Source of the DNA: an uncultured Geobacteraceae bacterium
GTDB lineage: Bacteria; Desulfobacterota; Desulfuromonadia; Desulfuromonadales; Geopsychrobacteraceae
DNA: 47,488 nucleotides
Assembly: GCA_964526315.1 (NCBI GenBank)
Contig: CAZGKZ010000001.1
Location: 1 to 47,488, forward strand
Direction of reading: 5' to 3'
Position 1 is the stretch's first letter; every line of letters starts with the position of its first letter. A program made the position numbers and the translations under genes. The notes beneath the pieces are model-generated. The model worked only from the letters and a program-made list of their open reading frames with translations. It was not told the DNA's origin and searched no databases. This document shows, one piece after another, positions 42,356 through 47,488 of the stretch.

Positions 42356-42703
42356 ATGGCTTCTGATTGTCTGTTTTGTAAAATCATTGCGGGTGAAATT
42401 CCAACACCGATCTACTACGAAGATCCTCAAGTGGTGGTTTTTGAAGATATTGATCCTCAAGCTCCATACCATTTTTTAATTGTTCCCAAAAAACATATCC
42501 AGACGACCCTTGATCTTACCCCGCTCGACAATGAACTGATTGGTCATATTTATCAAGTTGCGGGAAAAGTGGCACGTGATTTAGATTTTTCTGACTCTGG
42601 ATTTAGAGTGGTTAATAATTGTAATGAGGCTGGTGGACAAGCTGTGTGGCACCTCCATTTCCATCTTCTTGGTGGTCGTAACATGACTTGGCCACCCGGT
42701 TAA
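42356..42703 (+). CDS. hinT: Histidine triad nucleotide-binding protein (HinT-like)
   Basis: CLFCKI, GQAVWHLHFHLLGG (HxHxH) and WPPG motifs. Confidence 0.93.
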   Translation: MASDCLFCKIIAGEIPTPIYYEDPQVVVFEDIDPQAPYHFLIVPKKHIQTTLDLTPLDNELIGHIYQVAGKVARDLDFSDSGFRVVNNCNEAGGQAVWHLHFHLLGGRNMTWPPG

Positions 42704-42725
42704 GTTCTTCTTTTAAGAAGGTTTT

Positions 42726-44156
42726 ATGCCCAAGTTTGATAGTAAAACAGAACAGCGCTTAATGACTGACATTATGGAGCTTCTGGTAACCCATTATGGT
42801 GCTGAACTGTCTGAAGATGAGCTTGATTATGAAATAGATCGAGTTGAACAAGCTCTTGTTGATGCCCGGTCTTCTCATTTAGGGCAGGTGCGTAAATCCG
42901 GAGAACCATACATTTTTCATCCTTTGCGAGTGACCCATTTAGCCGCACGCCATTGGATGGATTTTCCTTCTGTCATTGCTGCTCTGTTGCATGACGTTGT
43001 TGAAGATACCCCGGTCACACTTGGTGAGGTGCGGAAGAAATACGGTGATGAGGTTGCTCATCTTGTTGATGGATTAACCAAGGTGACATCGACAATCATG
43101 AGCCGCGAAGATATCAAAAAGGAGACTTATAAAAAAACTCTCCTGGTTGCTATCGACGATATCCGTGTTTTGTGTCTTAAATTTTGGGATCGGATTGATA
43201 ATTTACGCACCATTGATGCTTTGCCTCTTCACAAACAGAAGCTGATAGCTGAAGAGACGCGAATGGTATACGTCCCCCTGGCACAACATCTGGGGATGGG
43301 CTACGTTGCAACAGAATTGGAATCTCTCTCCTATTCTCTCCTCTATTCTCGTCGTGCCAAAATCTATAGACAAGAAATTTCCAGACAAAAAGAGGTCAAC
43401 ATAGATTTTCTACGTAAGATTCGTGCCCGTATTGTCAATAGTTGTGAACAGCAAAGGCTTGATGCTCTATTGAAAGATCGTTGGAGACCTTTCTCGGTCA
43501 TTTCGGACCGTTCCAGACAGCGGGGTTTTCCGGCTCTTTATACGCTGGAAGTTCAGGTTGCCAGAACGATGGATGCTTATCTGTTTCTTGGCGTTTTGCA
43601 TGGTCTATTTCCACCGATACCCGGTAAGTTGCGTGATCATTTGAGCTTGACCTCTCAGTATGGTTATCAAGCATTAAAAACGACGGTTCAGGCTGGTGAA
43701 CAGCGGATGAGGGTTGAAATAACCACTAGAAAACTACACCGATTTAATGAGTCTGGTGTATTGGCTCCGGGCTTTAAATTTCATCACAAAGGGTTTCGCG
43801 ACCTGATTAAATCTTTGATGGAAGGGGAGTCAGCTTTTGATACGGAATCACTCCGTTTGGCCTCTGCAACGATACAGGTTTATACACCGCAGGGTGATAT
43901 CCAGATTTTGCCAGAAGGAAGCAGTATTTTGGATTTTGCTTTTGAAATCCATGATTCACTTGGTTTACATGCCCGACGTGGGTTGATTAATGGGCGGACC
44001 AGGCAACTTAAAACTCGCTTGATTGATGGTGATCAAATTGTTGTGGAGACGTCAGAAAAACCTGAAGTCCTTCCTAAGTGGCTGGAATGGGCAGTGACCC
44101 CGCGCGCGCGGAATAGTATCCGTCGTTACCTGCGCAAAAAGGTAAGGGACTCTTAA
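42726..44156 (+). CDS. Short RelA/SpoT homologue: HD hydrolase, degenerate synthetase and TGS domain
   Basis: HLGQVRKSGEPYIFH, LLHDVVED and DRIDN hydrolase motifs. TGS VYTPQGD..LPEGSSILDFAFEIH. Ends at 476 aa. Confidence 0.85.
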   Translation: MPKFDSKTEQRLMTDIMELLVTHYGAELSEDELDYEIDRVEQALVDARSSHLGQVRKSGEPYIFHPLRVTHLAARHWMDFPSVIAALLHDVVEDTPVTLGEVRKKYGDEVAHLVDGLTKVTSTIMSREDIKKETYKKTLLVAIDDIRVLCLKFWDRIDNLRTIDALPLHKQKLIAEETRMVYVPLAQHLGMGYVATELESLSYSLLYSRRAKIYRQEISRQKEVNIDFLRKIRARIVNSCEQQRLDALLKDRWRPFSVISDRSRQRGFPALYTLEVQVARTMDAYLFLGVLHGLFPPIPGKLRDHLSLTSQYGYQALKTTVQAGEQRMRVEITTRKLHRFNESGVLAPGFKFHHKGFRDLIKSLMEGESAFDTESLRLASATIQVYTPQGDIQILPEGSSILDFAFEIHDSLGLHARRGLINGRTRQLKTRLIDGDQIVVETSEKPEVLPKWLEWAVTPRARNSIRRYLRKKVRDS

Positions 44157-44173
44157 TTGAATTTGGAGTGAGA

Positions 44174-45220
44174 ATGTTTAAATTATCATGTAGGGTTACC
44201 TTGTTACTTCTTTTGCCGATGCTCTCCTACGTTTACGCCGGCCAAGTGAATACTTTCATTTATCACCGTTTTGATGAAAATCGCTATCCTTCCACCAATA
44301 TCTCCACTGATATATTTACCCAACAACTTGAATATGTAAAAGCACAGGGTATTGAAGTTATCTCGCTTGGTGAAGTTGTAAAACGGCTGACAAACGGAGA
44401 AGAGTTACCTGATCATGCTGTCTCTTTTTGTGTCGATGATGCTTTTCGTTCTTTATATGATGTTGGAATGCCAATCATTCGACAGTACGGCATTCCGTTG
44501 ACTCTATTTGTAAATACTGCTGCAGTTGGTACTCATGGTTACCTGAGTTGGCAAGAACTTAAGGAACTAGCTGCTGAGGGGGTAGAAATTGGTAATCATA
44601 CCGATACTCATGCCTATCTGGTGGAATTAAAACCGGCTGAAACCGCTCCGCAATGGAAACAGCGAGTTCGTGAGGATATCTTACGGGCTCAGAAATTGTT
44701 TGAAGAAAATCTTGGGAGCAAACCCACCCTCTTTGCTTATCCTTATGGGGAGTATTCTCCTGCCGTTGTTGAAATTATCAAAGATCTGGGTTTTGCAGCA
44801 GCTTTTGCACAACAGTCCGGTGTCATCTATTCTGCGCATAATCTCTACAATCTGGCTCGATTTCCGATGGGTGGGCCATTTGCCACTTTTGCGGGTTTTA
44901 AATCAAAGTTAGCCATGCAACCATTGCCTGTTTTGGCTGTTGATCCTTTCGATCCGATTATAAGAAAGAATCCACCTGTTCTCAGTTTACGTATTGATGG
45001 TCAGAAAATTAACCCGAAACGGATAAATTGTTTTGCTCAGGGAGAAAATCATTGTTGGGTTGAAGCTGATATCGATAGGGGGGACGGTTGGTATCGGGTG
45101 ATGGCAGAACAACCGCTGACTGGTCGGCGCAATAAGTACACTTTGACACTACAGTCCGATAACGGTGGTTGGCTCTGGTATAGTCATCCCTGGATAAATG
45201 CAAAAAATCCGGTCAATTAA
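44174..45220 (+). CDS. Secreted polysaccharide deacetylase (NodB/CE4 family)
   Basis: Signal-peptide-like N-terminus; IYHRF, FCVDDA, NHTDTH and FAYPYG motifs. Confidence 0.88.
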   Translation: MFKLSCRVTLLLLLPMLSYVYAGQVNTFIYHRFDENRYPSTNISTDIFTQQLEYVKAQGIEVISLGEVVKRLTNGEELPDHAVSFCVDDAFRSLYDVGMPIIRQYGIPLTLFVNTAAVGTHGYLSWQELKELAAEGVEIGNHTDTHAYLVELKPAETAPQWKQRVREDILRAQKLFEENLGSKPTLFAYPYGEYSPAVVEIIKDLGFAAAFAQQSGVIYSAHNLYNLARFPMGGPFATFAGFKSKLAMQPLPVLAVDPFDPIIRKNPPVLSLRIDGQKINPKRINCFAQGENHCWVEADIDRGDGWYRVMAEQPLTGRRNKYTLTLQSDNGGWLWYSHPWINAKNPVN

Positions 45221-45304
45221 ACCCAGAATCATCCTGCACTTCTAAATTCCTGTTAAGATCTGATCCGGTAAGTCAAACGGAGAGATAATCTTTTTGTACC
45301 ATCA

Positions 45305-46345
45305 TTAACTGCTGGAGCGGAGTTTAACTGTGGTGAACCGACCAAGCTGATTGAAACGAATCATCGCTTGTAATTCTTTGACATACTCTTCACCACGGGT
45401 TGAATATCGCAGCAGCCCTTCAGCCAATTTCAGACCATTTGGGTTTTGACCATTGAGTCTGCTTGCCGTCCGTAGTTTTCTCAACTTTTTATAGGCAGAA
45501 TGAGTATTGAGATTGAGAAGATAAGAGCGAACCGAATCGTAGACAGTGGAAAACTTTCGGACCTCATAAGTTGCCCCTGCTGGACGATCTTCGGGAACAA
45601 TCCCTTGACCTGGAATGAATGTCCATTGACCGAATAAATTATTTGCGACACGTGAAAAACGTGATGTGCCCCAGGCTGATTCATTGGCAGCTTGAGCTAA
45701 GGCTAAATCTTCAGGAATAATATCAACACGGCTGAGAAGTTTATCTATGGCTTTCTCGGAGTGAGTATTGTTGAATTTGACTTTATAGCGTTTTGCCAAC
45801 GTTGCTATGATCTGCAATTGTTGCTCATTTAATTGTTTTTTAGCAGAAAGCAACGGTTTAATGATCAGCAGTTGTTTTCGTTCTACACGAATCTCATCAT
45901 TGGCCAACAGGATCATTGGCAGTAATGCTTTAAAAAATATGGACTTTCGGTGTTTGTTGGACTGAATTTTGTTTAAATCGCCGGGTAGATTCTGCAGAAT
46001 CAGGGGGGGGACACCATTTTCCAAGGTATCCATCTGGTAACTATAGCGATTAAACTCCGATTCCAGGTCTTTGTAAGAATCTTTTCCGATGATTTGAATA
46101 TCAGAAGTTTTATGGATTGGAGTAATGTCTTGCAGATTTAGGGGCGAAATTTTGTTATCTAGAGCATCAATCTGGTAGCTATAGCGATCATATTCATATT
46201 GCAGGTCTTTGTAGAAATCTTTCCCGATGACTTGAATATCGGGCCCTTGATAAGTGGGGGCAATACTCTGAGAATAACTGATCAATAATAAACAGAGCCC
46301 CAGAAATAGTGATAGAGTTGTTTTTTGAAAAAAATGTATTTTCAT
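45305..46345 (-). CDS. Glucosaminidase domain (Bax-like) secreted protein
   Basis: LAQAANESAWGTSRF..ANNLFGQW, YLLNLNTHSAY and YSTRGEEY motifs; signal-peptide-like N-terminus. Confidence 0.88.
   Translation of the reverse strand: MKIHFFQKTTLSLFLGLCLLLISYSQSIAPTYQGPDIQVIGKDFYKDLQYEYDRYSYQIDALDNKISPLNLQDITPIHKTSDIQIIGKDSYKDLESEFNRYSYQMDTLENGVPPLILQNLPGDLNKIQSNKHRKSIFFKALLPMILLANDEIRVERKQLLIIKPLLSAKKQLNEQQLQIIATLAKRYKVKFNNTHSEKAIDKLLSRVDIIPEDLALAQAANESAWGTSRFSRVANNLFGQWTFIPGQGIVPEDRPAGATYEVRKFSTVYDSVRSYLLNLNTHSAYKKLRKLRTASRLNGQNPNGLKLAEGLLRYSTRGEEYVKELQAMIRFNQLGRFTTVKLRSSS
45986..46240 (-). repeat. Intragenic tandem duplication, 138-bp (46-aa) period
   Basis: DIQVIGKDFYKDL...PLNLQDI versus DIQIIGKDSYKDL...PLILQNL, 24/39 aa identical. 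Confidence 0.9.
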
Positions 46346-46388
46346 AAACTCACTTATGGATCGATTTGTAGGTTAATAAGCAGCGGCA

Positions 46389-46417
46389 TTTATATAGAAG
46401 AACCTATACTTTGTCAA
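46389..46417 (-). promoter_or_regulatory. Sigma70-type promoter of the Bax-like gene
   Basis: Minus strand TTGACA-N17-TATAAA. Confidence 0.7.
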
Positions 46418-46630
46418 CAGCAGTACGTGTTAAAAATACTTATTTTTCAGGTACTTAAATTGTCCTAATATTGGTCATCTAATAAATTGCTGACAAATTG
46501 GAGTGACCTGAGAAAAAAGTCATGTTATTCTTCTGAGGATATTCTTTGGTGATAATTGAGAAACGGTGTTCGTTTTTGCGTGAAGCAGATGATTTATAAT
46601 TTTGTGGTTTTTGTATTTTATTAACAGGAG

Positions 46631-47113
46631 ATGATTATGGGTTTAGAGGAAGGTGTTTGTTACACATATGAAGCGGCTCTTGAGAAAGCGATTGAGATGG
46701 AAGAGGAGGGCTTCCGCAATTATCTACATGCTATCGATGTTGTTTCTGATCGTCAGGCCAAGGCAATTTTACGTGAAGCAGCGATTGAGGAGTTAAATCA
46801 TAAGCAACGGCTGGAAATGGCACTGCTTGATGGTCATGATCATAATGTTGCAGAGTTACATCAAGAAATTCCTTCAATGAATCTGAATTATGTCTTTGAA
46901 CAAAAGGAGATTGCTCCAGGTGCAGATGCCCGGACAGCGCTGGCCCACGCAATTTATTTGGAAAAATGTGCCGTTGACTTTTACAAAAGGTTGATGAGTG
47001 GTTGCGAAGGAGCACCTATGGCGGACCTGTTTCAGCGTTTGCTTGCAGATGAAACAAGACATCTGAGTAATCTGGAAGATTTCTATGAAAAACATTTTTT
47101 AACTGAGAACTAA
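46631..47113 (+). CDS. Ferritin-like / rubrerythrin-family diiron protein
   Basis: AIEMEEEG..Y, EELNH, LEKCAVDFY and DETRH give two E...ExxH halves. No rubredoxin tail. Confidence 0.85.
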   Translation: MIMGLEEGVCYTYEAALEKAIEMEEEGFRNYLHAIDVVSDRQAKAILREAAIEELNHKQRLEMALLDGHDHNVAELHQEIPSMNLNYVFEQKEIAPGADARTALAHAIYLEKCAVDFYKRLMSGCEGAPMADLFQRLLADETRHLSNLEDFYEKHFLTEN

Positions 47114-47144
47114 TCGGACAAATCAGCAAAGCCATTGATATTTT

Positions 47145-47177
47145 AAAAAAGGTTTCGCTTTTCGTGAAGCCTTTTTT
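47145..47177. terminator. Bidirectional intrinsic terminator
   Basis: A6-GGTTTCGC-tttc-GTGAAGCC-T6. Confidence 0.75.
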
Positions 47178-47266
47178 ATTGTTGAGTTATCTAATAGTGA
47201 TACTTATCAATCAGCGTATTGATAATACGCAGAATTTATTGATAATAAATCAAACAGTGTTCGTAT

Positions 47267-47488
47267 CTAGCTCGTATGGATATTTATTTGGTTAAAGCTA
47301 TCTTCGCTGTCTATGTGGTTGGGGTCTCTTTGATCCATATTTTGTATGGCAGTAATTTTTTTGTTTAACTGCGATGAAAAAAACCTGCCGTGGAATTCTG
47401 TCAGTGACAACTTACTGACCCATTCTTTTGTGTCTTTCTCTTGACAAAAGATTCCCATCTTTTTATCTTTTCGAACACAAAACTGATA
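47267..47488 (-). CDS. Possible C-terminal end of an unidentified gene running off the window
   Basis: The 63-aa ORF stays open to the window edge (YQFCVRKDKK-MGIF...) and points into the terminator at 47145. No recognisable motif. Confidence 0.35.
   Translation of the reverse strand, partial: YQFCVRKDKKMGIFCQEKDTKEWVSKLSLTEFHGRFFSSQLNKKITAIQNMDQRDPNHIDSEDSFNQINIHTS

Noticed and set aside
46551-46575. Fur-box-like GATAATTGAGAAACGGTGTTCG upstream of the ferritin-like gene
   Set aside because: Only one half-site matches and the dyad symmetry is poor. It cannot be supported without a species-specific matrix.

Overview
This is a core-chromosome window (roughly 45% GC by eye) whose gene content and order suggest a Desulfuromonadales/Geobacterales-type deltaproteobacterium; the taxon is inferred, not searched. 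Almost all of it is housekeeping. In order: era (3' end), der, a DUF4388-like protein, two stand-alone receivers, infA, leuS-lptE-holA, rpsT, murJ, fxsA, mazG, yceD-rpmF-plsX-fabH-fabD-fabG-acpP-fabF-rpiB-glyA-dCMP deaminase-nrdR-ribD-ribE-ribBA-ribH-nusB-hom, an acyl-CoA ligase, tRNA-Val, thrS-infC-rpmI-rplT-pheS-pheT-ihfA-merR-pcm-nlpD-rpoS-apt, tRNA-Arg, tRNA-Val, lipB, an HDOD protein, tlyA, a HIT protein, a RelA/SpoT-like protein, a polysaccharide deacetylase, a Bax-like glucosaminidase and a ferritin-like protein. I saw no CRISPR array, transposase, integrase or prophage gene. The most interesting signals are: (1) a short RelA/SpoT homologue with an intact hydrolase, a degenerate synthetase and a TGS domain, in an apparent operon with a HIT hydrolase and a secreted deacetylase; (2) a ~157-bp structured non-coding element ending in a duplicated tRNA-Arg 3' end, sharing a CCATCCATGG motif with a palindromic element between era and der; (3) a 46-codon mini-ORF filling the merR-pcm gap that looks like a collapsed surE; (4) a candidate L20 leader RNA mimicking 23S rRNA; (5) an ATA start for infC; (6) a 138-bp internal duplication in the glucosaminidase. 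All calls come from reading motifs by eye; no database search was run.
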